DNA from: Candidatus Altimarinota bacterium
Lineage (GTDB): Bacteria > Patescibacteriota > Gracilibacteria > UBA4473
Assembly: GCA_027028725.1 (NCBI GenBank)
Contig: JALVIB010000030.1
Span: forward strand, 1 to 34,283
DNA: 34,283 nt
Direction: 5' to 3'
Each line of letters begins with the position of its first letter. The first letter of the stretch is position 1. The notes under the pieces are model-generated. The model worked only from the letters and a program-made list of their open reading frames with translations. It searched no databases and was not told the DNA's origin. Shown in pieces: positions 1 through 8,769 of this stretch. Made by a program: the position numbers and the translations under genes.

Positions 1-408
1 AAGTTCTCAGCAGAAAAAACAGGAACAAAAAAAACAATAAAAAACTTTCCTTTGGCTCCCTCTTTTTTGAAAGAGGGCGGGGGGTGATTTTCCTTTTTCG
101 CGGGATTTTGCTACTTCTTTCTAAAAATCCCCCTCAGTCCCCCTTTGAAGAAAGGGGGAGTGCTCAGCAAGGGAAACAGAAGAAGAAAAAAACAATAAAA
201 CACTTTTCCTTTTGGCTCCCTCTTTTTCTAAAGAGGGCGGGGGGTGATTTTCCTTTTTTCGCGAGATTTTACTGCTTCTTTTTAAAATCCCCCTCAGTCC
301 CCCTTTGAAGAAAGGGGGAAGTTCTCAGCAAGAAAAACAGGAACAAAAAAACAATAAAACAGTTCCTTTTGGCTCCCTCTTTTTCTAAAGAGGGGTGGGG
401 TGATTTTA
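1..408. repeat. Tandem ~160-bp BIME-like units (about 2.5 copies) built from inverted pairs of REP-like hairpins
   Basis: Near-identical units at ~1-159, 160-320 and 321-408. Each carries TCCCTCTTTTT..AAAGAGGG; the two full units also carry AAATCCCCCTCAGTCCCCCTTTGAAGAAAGGGGGA with a TTCGCG(G/A)GATTTT motif between the hairpins. Confidence 0.9.
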
Positions 409-423
409 AAAAAATAAAAACAC

Positions 424-456
424 AAAAAAACCCCCTCACTCGCGTGAGGGGGTTTT
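424..456 (-). terminator. Intrinsic terminator of the S-layer gene
   Basis: AAAACCCCCTCAC-GCGA-GTGAGGGGG-TTTTTTT on the minus strand, ~90 bp after the stop codon. Confidence 0.85.
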
Positions 457-464
457 AAATTATC

Positions 465-492
465 AAGTCCGGACTTCGGAAAGTCCGGACTT
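465..492. repeat. Pair of 12-bp palindromes AAGTCCGGACTT
   Basis: Exact copies at 465-476 and 481-492; others at 8637, 8671, 14702, 14734, 27243, 31228 and 31262. Confidence 0.9.
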
Positions 493-546
493 AAGATAAT
501 TTTTTGAACTTTTGAAGAGTTCTAACTTTTTACAGCAATGACGCCA

Positions 547-3500
547 TTACTGTTCAGAAGCACCAGCCAAAGTGCCGCTAGGAATAGTTAACTCGTATCC
601 ATTTAAGAATGGATAAGCACCAGTATTATCTGACCGATCAGACCAAACAATATCAGCTGGGGCAGCAGCAGTAACAGGAGTATCTAACACTCCGTCACCA
701 TTACCATCAGTCCCCGCACCAGCATTATCTGTAGCATCAACTGTTTCGTAAGCTGCAGCAGCTGTTGCTTCGTTAACAAATGAGAATGAAAGAGAATCAA
801 CCCCATCTGTTGTGTTAAGAGGGTCTTTAGTTCTTAATTCATAATAGTTAGTATTTTCAATTAAGTCACTAAATCCATCAAATACAAGAGCATCGTATGT
901 TCCAGCTCCGGCAGAATCTAATATAGCTACAGGATTACCTGTGTAACCAGAATCTGCAAATTTAACTAAACTCCAATTTGTGTCTGTGAAATCAGCTGAT
1001 GTATCGTATACATTAGTTGAAGAAGATGTCACAGAGAATGTTAATCTGTTAATGTTAGCATCTCCTGCAGCATCAGTAGAAATAGAGAATCTGAAAACAG
1101 CTTTATCACTTCCACCAGCAGAATCAGCAGTAAATACTGGTTGAGTTGATTTTGGAAGAGCGTTTATTGTTATCTTTGTTTTGTAAGCAATAAATGCATC
1201 ACCAGTAGCTGGTGCACCAGCAATACTTGTTTGGCTAACATCAGTTCCAGTAGCACCTGTTAGCGCCTCAATTCCAGTGCTAGTTGTCCCCGGTATAGAA
1301 GGCATTGTCGTATCTAGTTCTAATTTTAACTGTTTAGCAGTTCTAGCTGCATCGTTAATGTTTCTGACCTTAATTTTAACAGTTACGTCTGCACTACCAT
1401 CCTTCGGAACAATAATCTTATTGGCGTTAAGTTCAAAATGAACTTTTCCGTTTGTCATTTGTTCTGTCCCTAGCAACTGACCAGCTTCGTTGTATAACAT
1501 AAAGTCAGCATGACCATCAAAGTCAGTTCCTATTGCATTAGTTAGGTAAAGATCTTTAACTTGAATTTCATCATATTTAGATTCTAAACGCAATTTCCAT
1601 ACCTCAGCAGTTTGATTTTCAACTAGAACAGTTGATGGATAGATACCTTCTTGTGAAACAGTTAGTGTTCCAGAAGTTGTAAATGTGAATTCTGCTCCAC
1701 ATAAGTAGTTAGGTGTATCTAATGATCCGTCACAAGCACCTGTTAGATCGCCTGGACCAGCCGTATCAGTACCACCTAATAGATCACCAGCTTCGTAAAC
1801 TTTAACACCACTACCATTTTCAGCATTATCAGCATCAACTGCTGTAACTGCCATTCGGATAGTAGATCCACCTGGTGCTTCAGTAACGGCTGTCCCTACT
1901 GGGACTTGTGCACCAAATTCACCAGAATTATTAACAGTTCCTTCATTATTTTTACATGTAACTGTGTTTCCTGTAACATCTTCTACCACACATGTTTCTG
2001 CACCAATAGTTAGAGTATCTCCATCAGAAATGTTATTTGCACTAGCAACAGTAAATCCGGATGAAGCCGCACCAACTGGGTATTCTCGTGAAACGCTATT
2101 AATATCCTGTCCAGTATGATCAACATCAACAGTAGATGGATCAACAACGATAGCTGTAGCTCCAGTACCTGCATCTGCTGTAACAATAATAAAGTCACCA
2201 TTCATTTCAATAACATCTCCTGCTTTTACATCAGCAGTAATACCACTAGTACAGTTAACTGGAGAAGTTGAGTTTGTAGCTGACGCATCAGCTGCTGGAC
2301 AAATAGCCCCTCCTACAACATTTGTTGTACTTGTTCCGTCGTCAACTACAGTTGTATTAGCCAAAGCCTCAGTAGCAACTGCTTCAATAGTATCCATCAC
2401 AACAGTAAATTCTTCTTGTCCTGCTGATGGAATTACAACTGCAATGTCGTTAAAGGCTGCAGTTCCTTTAATTGAAGCATCTGACGAATTATCAAGAGTT
2501 TTACTTGATCCGATTTGTTGTCCGTCCACAAACAATGAAGCTGTGAAGTTTGAGTAGTTAGATTCAGCCGCACCTGTTCCCAATCCTTTGATTGTGATTG
2601 AAGTAATGTTTACATCTCCTGAATCATTGTTGTCTAGAACGAATTTCATAAATGTAGCATCTTGAATACCAGCAACAGCTACCTCTGAAGTAAAGCTATC
2701 TGTTCGTGTAATTGTTAGAACTGATTCCTCAACTTCAACTTTTGAAGCCAATGCTGAACCCAAAAGATCATTTTCTACTACTGTATCCCCTGAAGAAATG
2801 TATTCTGGAGAATCAAAGTCTTTGGCATATAATGCAAATTTAACCCATGATCCTGTAGTAGCTTCATCTTTGATGTTCATTACAAGTTTCATTACTGAAG
2901 CACCTGTAATTTCAAATTGAGAAGAATAATCTAGGTAAGGAGCTGCATCAGTTCCTGATAAAGTGTTTTCTGTATCAACTAGATCGTCGTTCAAGTACAA
3001 TCGGAAGTTGTCGAAGTAGTTGTTCAATGTTGTAAGACTGTGTTGGTCTCCTGCAGTATCTCCATCAATGTCGTATGAATCAACTTTAATTTTAACTCCG
3101 TCAACCATAATTGGTTGTGAAACAACAACTCGTGCTGTCATAGCTACAACATCGTTAGATCCCGGAGCGTATTCTTGGTTTCCTAGAGAGTTAGGGTCTC
3201 GAGAAACATTAATGTCTCCTGAATCAATTGTGTATTTAGCCAAAGTAGCGTTAGCGTCTTCAGCGTTGTTTCCTGATGGGTCAACTGTTTTAACACCGAA
3301 TGCTGTACCGATTTCGATACCTACAATGTCTTCAAAGTTATCAACTTTGAATTCGATGTAATCATTAGCTTCTGCTGAAACAACATCAGCTCGCATTGAG
3401 AAGATTCGAGAATCTCCGTCTTCAATAACATATCCTCCTGTAACTCCGTTATCTAATCGGAATGTTACATAGTCTCCGTCAATAATAGTTTCTGCAGAAA

Positions 3501-4830
3501 CTTGTTCTCCTGAAACATATAGAGCGAAGTTTTCTAGGTCGTTAGCTAGTTCAGCTGTACCTGTGTTTTTGAAAGTAATAGCTCTCAACTCAATATCTTT
3601 GTTTGTAGTTGAAGAGTTTAACATTCGGAATTTACCTAATTCTACAAAAGAATCACCAACATTAACTGTTGTATTTGATCCCAAAGTAGTCATAGTAAGT
3701 TGTGAAACTTGGTAATCAGCAACTTCCATTTCTTCACCTTCAATAGGGAAGTTTCCTACAACATTAGCTGCTGTAGATACGATGTCGTCAGCTGAAACAA
3801 CTGCGAATCGGTTGTGGTGTCCGATGTTACATCCTTCAGCACCAGATGCGTAACAAGTACCATCAGCTGCCAAAGTGTATTTGTTAGAAGCAACAACATC
3901 AGCAACCAAAGTTTGTCCCGCAGGAACTACAATTGGTGGGTTGAATCGTAATTCAACGATATCGTCGTTGTTAACAGATCGGTCGTTTCCAACTTTGAAT
4001 CCGTCAATTTCTAACCAAACTTTGTCGAAATCATCTGAATCACCAAGACCCAAACGAGTCAAAGTAATAGCTGAAATTTCAACATCGCTGTCATCAGAAG
4101 CTGTCAAATCAAGAGTTGTGAAAGGAACTGAAGTAGCATTGTAAGGAATGTTTGTTCCTCGTGGTGTATCAGCAGATAGAGAAACTTCTAGAGTTCCTGC
4201 TGCTGGATTAGTCGCTTCAGTAGCTGCCAGTAAACCTTGGTAAACAACAACTGCTGCTTCAGCACGAGTAACAGTATTTGCTGGTGCAAATGTACCGTCA
4301 CCGTAACCTAACATAATTCCGTGAGCTTTAACTGTTTCTACATATGGGTAGAACCAATCAGCTGGGTCAACATCGCTGAAGCTTGGTCCGTTATCAATTT
4401 CTTCTAATTCGAAGGCATTAACAACTTCTTTAGCTATTTCAGCTCGGTTGATTAGGTTGGCTGGTTTAAATGTACCGTCTGGATATCCGTCGATCCATCC
4501 GTAGTTGTACATTGTTTCTACATAATCGTAGAACCAGTCACCTTCTTGTACATCAGGGAAGTGTGCACCTCCTGTTGTGTCAATAGCTACATCAGCTGCA
4601 AGTACAATAATTTTTGATACTTCAGCACGATTTAGCTCTCTGTTTGGAGCAAAAGAACCATCATCATTACCAGTCATCACATTGATAGCTGCTAATTCTG
4701 AGATAGCCTCGTCTGCCCAAGATGGAATCTCTGCATCGTCAGTGTATGCAAAAGCTGTCGTCGTAACGAAAGCTAGTGCCAAAAATGACAATAGAGCGAC
4801 TCCTTTTTTAATTTTTGATAAAAAATTCAT
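547..4830 (-). CDS. S-layer protein with signal peptide and three N-terminal SLH domains
   Basis: Signal peptide ending AFA; three SLH repeats (LNRAE, INRAE, VTRAE with F.DV...WF); acidic, Thr/Ala/Asp-rich beta-type body of 1427 aa. Confidence 0.9.
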   Translation of the reverse strand: MNFLSKIKKGVALLSFLALAFVTTTAFAYTDDAEIPSWADEAISELAAINVMTGNDDGSFAPNRELNRAEVSKIIVLAADVAIDTTGGAHFPDVQEGDWFYDYVETMYNYGWIDGYPDGTFKPANLINRAEIAKEVVNAFELEEIDNGPSFSDVDPADWFYPYVETVKAHGIMLGYGDGTFAPANTVTRAEAAVVVYQGLLAATEATNPAAGTLEVSLSADTPRGTNIPYNATSVPFTTLDLTASDDSDVEISAITLTRLGLGDSDDFDKVWLEIDGFKVGNDRSVNNDDIVELRFNPPIVVPAGQTLVADVVASNKYTLAADGTCYASGAEGCNIGHHNRFAVVSADDIVSTAANVVGNFPIEGEEMEVADYQVSQLTMTTLGSNTTVNVGDSFVELGKFRMLNSSTTNKDIELRAITFKNTGTAELANDLENFALYVSGEQVSAETIIDGDYVTFRLDNGVTGGYVIEDGDSRIFSMRADVVSAEANDYIEFKVDNFEDIVGIEIGTAFGVKTVDPSGNNAEDANATLAKYTIDSGDINVSRDPNSLGNQEYAPGSNDVVAMTARVVVSQPIMVDGVKIKVDSYDIDGDTAGDQHSLTTLNNYFDNFRLYLNDDLVDTENTLSGTDAAPYLDYSSQFEITGASVMKLVMNIKDEATTGSWVKFALYAKDFDSPEYISSGDTVVENDLLGSALASKVEVEESVLTITRTDSFTSEVAVAGIQDATFMKFVLDNNDSGDVNITSITIKGLGTGAAESNYSNFTASLFVDGQQIGSSKTLDNSSDASIKGTAAFNDIAVVIPSAGQEEFTVVMDTIEAVATEALANTTVVDDGTSTTNVVGGAICPAADASATNSTSPVNCTSGITADVKAGDVIEMNGDFIIVTADAGTGATAIVVDPSTVDVDHTGQDINSVSREYPVGAASSGFTVASANNISDGDTLTIGAETCVVEDVTGNTVTCKNNEGTVNNSGEFGAQVPVGTAVTEAPGGSTIRMAVTAVDADNAENGSGVKVYEAGDLLGGTDTAGPGDLTGACDGSLDTPNYLCGAEFTFTTSGTLTVSQEGIYPSTVLVENQTAEVWKLRLESKYDEIQVKDLYLTNAIGTDFDGHADFMLYNEAGQLLGTEQMTNGKVHFELNANKIIVPKDGSADVTVKIKVRNINDAARTAKQLKLELDTTMPSIPGTTSTGIEALTGATGTDVSQTSIAGAPATGDAFIAYKTKITINALPKSTQPVFTADSAGGSDKAVFRFSISTDAAGDANINRLTFSVTSSSTNVYDTSADFTDTNWSLVKFADSGYTGNPVAILDSAGAGTYDALVFDGFSDLIENTNYYELRTKDPLNTTDGVDSLSFSFVNEATAAAAYETVDATDNAGAGTDGNGDGVLDTPVTAAAPADIVWSDRSDNTGAYPFLNGYELTIPSGTLAGASEQ

Positions 4831-5084
4831 CTTAGTTTTTATTTAGTAAATAAAGAAAATATTCCCCAAAAAGGGGGCTTTCTTGGGTTTGATTTACCAA
4901 TACAAAAAGCTCGCGAAAAAACACGAGAAAATTGGTAAATCGATATATAAGGTAGTTGAAAAAACTCAATATTAAGTTTTCTCATGGATATTCCGCAGAA
5001 TCCCGCGAAAAAATCCACTAAAAGGATTATTTAAATCCCTTAAAAAATTTCTAGAAAGACTATCATTTCATCTTTCCGGCCGTC

Positions 5085-5097
5085 TTTTCAAAGATCA
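5085..5097 (-). promoter_or_regulatory. boxA-like antitermination element in the S-layer leader
   Basis: Minus strand TGATCTTTGAAAA resembles rrn boxA and lies ~70 nt after the predicted transcription start. Confidence 0.5.
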
Positions 5098-5169
5098 AGG
5101 TCATTTGGCGATCCATTACTGGAGCGGGATAAGAGGACACACTCGTCCAAGTTATCCAAACCTGCGCGA

Positions 5170-5198
5170 ATTGTACCTACTTGTCTCCAGAAAGTCAA
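5170..5198 (-). promoter_or_regulatory. Sigma70-type promoter for the S-layer gene
   Basis: TTGACT (5198-5193), 17-bp spacer, TACAAT (5175-5170). Confidence 0.75.
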
Positions 5199-5463
5199 AC
5201 TTTCGTGATTTTCTAGACACATTTAATACAATGCAAGTAGTTAAACGAATTTCGCGGGATTTTGTTACAAAAAAACTTAGATTACGAGTTCACAAGATTA
5301 CAATAAATTCCCGCGAAAATTTACCATCTTCGTCATTGCGAGGAGCGAAGTATGAGCGACGCGGCAATCTACTTCCTTATTTTCAAATCCCCCTTAATCC
5401 CCCTTTCTCAAGGGGGAAATTTAAGGAATTATTTAAAAATCCCGCGAAATCTTCGCAAAAAAT

Positions 5464-5538
5464 GTAGGGACGCCCTTTATAGGCGTCCAAAAAAAATGAA
5501 TTCCAAATTATCGGGCGACCACAAGGAATCGCCCCTAC
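5464..5538. repeat. Inverted pair of GTAG-type REP elements (REPIN-like)
   Basis: GTAGGGACGCCCTTTATAGGCGTCC and the inverted GGGCGACCACAAGGAATCGCCCCTAC; related copies at ~5932, 10822 and 27342. Confidence 0.8.
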
Positions 5539-5568
5539 GAAAAATTTCGCGGGATTTTCCAACAGGGG

Positions 5569-5643
5569 TGGTGGAGCCAAGGAGAATCGAACTCCTATCT
5601 CTGCATTGTCAAGATGAGTATTTTACCATTAAACTATGACCCC
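5569..5643 (-). tRNA. Atypical tRNA with Ala-type acceptor (G3:U70, A73) and irregular anticodon arm (GAC or TGA register); possibly a pseudo-tRNA
   Basis: GGGGTCATAGTTTAATGGTAAAATACTCATCTTGACAATGCAGAGATAGGAGTTCGATTCTCCTTGGCTCCACCA: good acceptor, D and T arms and encoded CCA, but an imperfect anticodon stem. Confidence 0.75.
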
Positions 5644-6339
5644 GACTCCACCAGCGCGGAGTATATAAAAAAAGCTCGCCACAGCAAGCTCTTTTTATTG
5701 ACAATGCAGAGTGGGCCATAACTTTGGCACTCATCACTGGGATAATACCCATTCTTGTTTTATTTGTCAAAAAAAATCCCGCGAAAATTTACCATATTCG
5801 TCATTGCGAGGAGCGAGGTATGAGCGACGCGGCAATCTACTTCCTTATTTTCAAATCCCCCTTAATCCCCCTTTCTCAAGAGGAAAAACTAAGGAATTAC
5901 AAAAAAATCCCGCGAAATCTTCGCAAAAAATGTAGGGACGCCCTTTATGGGCGTCCAAAAAAAGTTAGATTACAAGTTCACGAGTTTACGAGTTCACAAG
6001 ATTACAATAAATTCCCGCGAAAATTTACCATCTTCGTCATTGCGAGGAGCGAGGTATGAGCGACGCGGCAATCTACTTCCTTATTTTCAAATCCCCCTTA
6101 ATCCCCCTTTCTCAAGAGGAAAAACTAAGGAATTACAATAAATTCCCGCGAAAATTTACCATCTTCGTCATTGCGAGGAGCGAAGTATGAGCGACGCGGC
6201 AATCTACTTCCTTATTTTCAAATCCCCCTTAATCTCTTTCTCAAGGGGGAAAACTAAGGAATTATTTTGAAAATTTCGCGGGATTTTCAAAAGGACAGGT
6301 CACGACCTGTCCTTTCTTGTTATCTTATAAACTCGTAAA

Positions 6340-8421
6340 CTATTCCCCGTTTCGTTCAGCGATAATTTTTTCTTCAACACTTTTTGGAACTTTCGCGTAA
6401 TCCGCGAATTCCATTGAATAACTGGCTCGTCCTTGAGTCATTGAACGAAGTTCTGTCGCGTATCCAAACATCTCTCCTAGTGGGATTTTGGCTTTAACAA
6501 AGTTGTTTAGACCGCGTGTCCCAGATTCTTGAATAATTCCTCGTTTTGAAGAAATGTTTCCCATAACATCTCCCAAATAATCTTCCGGAGTAATGACTTC
6601 CACATTCATAATTGGTTCAAGAATTGCTGGATCAGCGCGTTTTCCTCCGTCTTTGAAGGCTTGTGCCGCCGCAATCTTAAAGGCTAATTCAGATGAATCC
6701 ACATCGTGGTAGTTACCATCAACTAGTTCAACTTCCACATCAACTACTGGATATCCCGCGAGAATTCCGCGAGAAGTTGCTTCGTTAAATCCTTTTTCAC
6801 AACCTGGAATATACTCGTTTGGAATTGAAGCTCCTTTAATAGAGTTGATGAATTTAAATCCTGATCCCGGTTCTCCCGGACGAATTTTACAAATAACATG
6901 CGCGAATTGTCCACGACCACCTGATTGTTTCTTGTGAATGTATTCTGCATCAACTTCTTTTTGAATAGTTTCGCGGTAAGCAACTTGTGGTTGCCCGATA
7001 TTCGCTTCAACTTTGAATTCTCGTTTCAAACGATCAACTAGAATGTCTAGGTGAAGTTCTCCCATTCCCGCGATAATTGTTTGTAAAGTTTCTTCGTCAG
7101 TCCAGACTTTGAAAGTTGGATCTTCTTCGGCTAATTTTTGTAGAGCCAATCCCATTTTTTCTTGGTCAGCTTTTGTTTTTGGTTCAATTGAAATCGAAAT
7201 AACCGGTTCTGGGAACTCAATACTTTCTAGCAAGAACTCTTTCCCCATATCACACAAAGTGTCCCCTGTTTTGGTCGCTTTCAAACCAACAACCGCTCCA
7301 ATGTGTCCGGCTTGAATTTCTGGAATTTCTTCGCGGTGATTGGCGTGCATTTGTAATAATCGTCCCACTCGTTCTTTTTTCCCAGAATTAGCGTTGTAGA
7401 TATAAGATCCGGATTTCAAAGTCCCAGCATAAACTCGCACGAAACTAAGTCGTCCCACATACGGATCAGTGGCAATTTTGAAAGCCAAAGCCGCCAAAGG
7501 TCCGTCTTTGTCCGGAGGACAAGCCGTTTTCTTTTCTGGATCATTAACATCTTGCGCCTCAGCTGGTGGAATATCTTTTGGTGAAGGTAGTAATTCGCAA
7601 ACTTTGTCTAACATTGGTTGCACTCCTTTGTTTTTCAAAGCCGTTCCCGTCATAACCGGTACAAATTCTCCGGCAATAACTGCTCGTCGCATTCCCGCGA
7701 TAATTTCTTCTTCGCTCAATTCTTCTCCGTTCAAGTATTTTTCCATCAAAACTTCGTCTGACCCAGCTACCGCTTCCAGCATTTTTTCACGCCATTCTGC
7801 TGCTTCATCAGCCATATCTGCCGGAATATCAACAACATTAATATCCTTTCCAAGATCATCGTTGTAAACAGTCGCTTTCATTGCAATCAAATCAACAATT
7901 CCTTTGAAATCCGCTTCATTTCCGATTGGCAACTGAATTGGGAAAGCGTTTTTGGTCAATCTTTCGACAATTGAGTCATAACTTCGCCAAAAACTAGCTC
8001 CAGTTCGGTCTAGTTTGTTGATAAAACACATTCGCGGAACATTATATTTGTCAGCTTGTCGCCAAACTGTTTCTGATTGTGGCTCAACTCCCGCCACACC
8101 ATCAAAAATACAAACCGCTCCATCCAAAACTCGCAAAGATCGTTCCACTTCCACGGTAAAATCCACGTGACCAGGTGTATCGATAATGTTAATTTGGTGT
8201 CCTTTCCAGAAAGCAGTTGTCGCTGCCGAAGTAATGGTAATACCTCGTTCTTGTTCTTGTTCCATCCAGTCCATAGTAGCTTCACCTTCGTGAACTTCTC
8301 CTAATTTGTGAGATTTCCCAGTATAGAACAAAATTCGTTCTGTTACGGTTGTTTTTCCAGCGTCGATATGGGCAATAATTCCAATATTTCGGACTTGCTC
8401 CAGAGGTAAGATTTTAGTCAT
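6340..8421 (-). CDS. fusA: Elongation factor G
   Basis: [52 protein letters not shown]; 693 aa. Confidence 0.99.
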   Translation of the reverse strand: MTKILPLEQVRNIGIIAHIDAGKTTVTERILFYTGKSHKLGEVHEGEATMDWMEQEQERGITITSAATTAFWKGHQINIIDTPGHVDFTVEVERSLRVLDGAVCIFDGVAGVEPQSETVWRQADKYNVPRMCFINKLDRTGASFWRSYDSIVERLTKNAFPIQLPIGNEADFKGIVDLIAMKATVYNDDLGKDINVVDIPADMADEAAEWREKMLEAVAGSDEVLMEKYLNGEELSEEEIIAGMRRAVIAGEFVPVMTGTALKNKGVQPMLDKVCELLPSPKDIPPAEAQDVNDPEKKTACPPDKDGPLAALAFKIATDPYVGRLSFVRVYAGTLKSGSYIYNANSGKKERVGRLLQMHANHREEIPEIQAGHIGAVVGLKATKTGDTLCDMGKEFLLESIEFPEPVISISIEPKTKADQEKMGLALQKLAEEDPTFKVWTDEETLQTIIAGMGELHLDILVDRLKREFKVEANIGQPQVAYRETIQKEVDAEYIHKKQSGGRGQFAHVICKIRPGEPGSGFKFINSIKGASIPNEYIPGCEKGFNEATSRGILAGYPVVDVEVELVDGNYHDVDSSELAFKIAAAQAFKDGGKRADPAILEPIMNVEVITPEDYLGDVMGNISSKRGIIQESGTRGLNNFVKAKIPLGEMFGYATELRSMTQGRASYSMEFADYAKVPKSVEEKIIAERNGE

Positions 8422-8448
8422 TTTTTAATAATTAATATATCGCGCGAA

Positions 8449-8476
8449 ATTTTAGAAGTAGCGCCAAAAAAGTCAA
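8449..8476 (-). promoter_or_regulatory. Putative fusA promoter
   Basis: TTGACT, 16-bp spacer, TAAAAT on the minus strand, ~28 bp before the ATG. Confidence 0.55.
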
Positions 8477-8515
8477 ATGGATTAAAATCCCGCGAAAAAT
8501 TGTTTTTTTGTTTTT

Positions 8516-8599
8516 GTCATTCTGGCTTGTCCAGAATCAGAAAATCTTTTTGATTCTCGACGAAACTTAAATTACACCTTGATTTTGGCGAGAATGACG
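8516..8599. repeat. Inverted pair of CGTC/TGTC-type REP-like elements
   Basis: TGTCATTCTGGCTTGTCCAGAATC followed by GATTCTCG...CGAGAATGACG. Confidence 0.65.
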
Positions 8600-8603
8600 C
8601 ACT

Positions 8604-8713
8604 AAAAATCCCGCGAAATTTTCAAAAAGAAAAAACAAGTCCGGACTTAACACAGGATAAAAAGCATTTAAAGTCCGGACTTAAGTTTTTTCACAGAAAA
8701 TTTCGCGGGATTT
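8604..8713. repeat. ~110-bp module: inward-facing core motifs enclosing two AAGTCCGGACTT palindromes
   Basis: Inverted homologue of 31196-31305, with the same 34-bp palindrome spacing and a similar linker. Confidence 0.8.
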
Positions 8714-8769
8714 GCCAAAAAAAGCAAAACAAATAAAATTTTCGCAGTTTTCTTTTTAAAACAAATAAA

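Larger units (their letters stand above)
5301..6265. repeat. Four copies of a ~131-bp composite repeat (core motif + CGTC-type REP + C/G-run hairpin)
   Basis: Copies start near 5301, 5773, 6005 and 6136. Each has TCCCGCGAAAATTT, CGTCATTGCGAGGAGCGA.GTATGAGCGACGCGGCAATCT and a TCCCCCTTAATC..CAAG.GG-type hairpin. Confidence 0.9.

Noticed and set aside
1-408. CRISPR array
   Set aside because: The sequences between repeats are themselves repeated rather than unique spacers; no cas genes.
2010-4846. Short ORFs overlapping the S-layer gene, and similar antisense ORFs over fusA, S41, purH, ftsK and the VirB6-like gene
   Set aside because: Shadow frames of well-supported genes with no recognisable motifs.
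5569-5653. tmRNA, or a second tRNA on the plus strand ending CTCCACCA at 5653
   Set aside because: The minus-strand gene is a compact 75-nt cloverleaf with no tag region; the plus strand lacks a T-arm.
5700-5755. Hammerhead ribozyme (minus strand GTGATGAG)
   Set aside because: The core should be CTGATGA with a downstream GAAA; neither fits.
5301-6265. CRISPR array or protein-coding repeats (ORFs 5105-5467, 5352-5639, 5711-5935, 5724-6059, 5947-6141)
   Set aside because: Units are 131-bp near-identical REP composites; the ORFs are translations of repeats and some overlap the tRNA.
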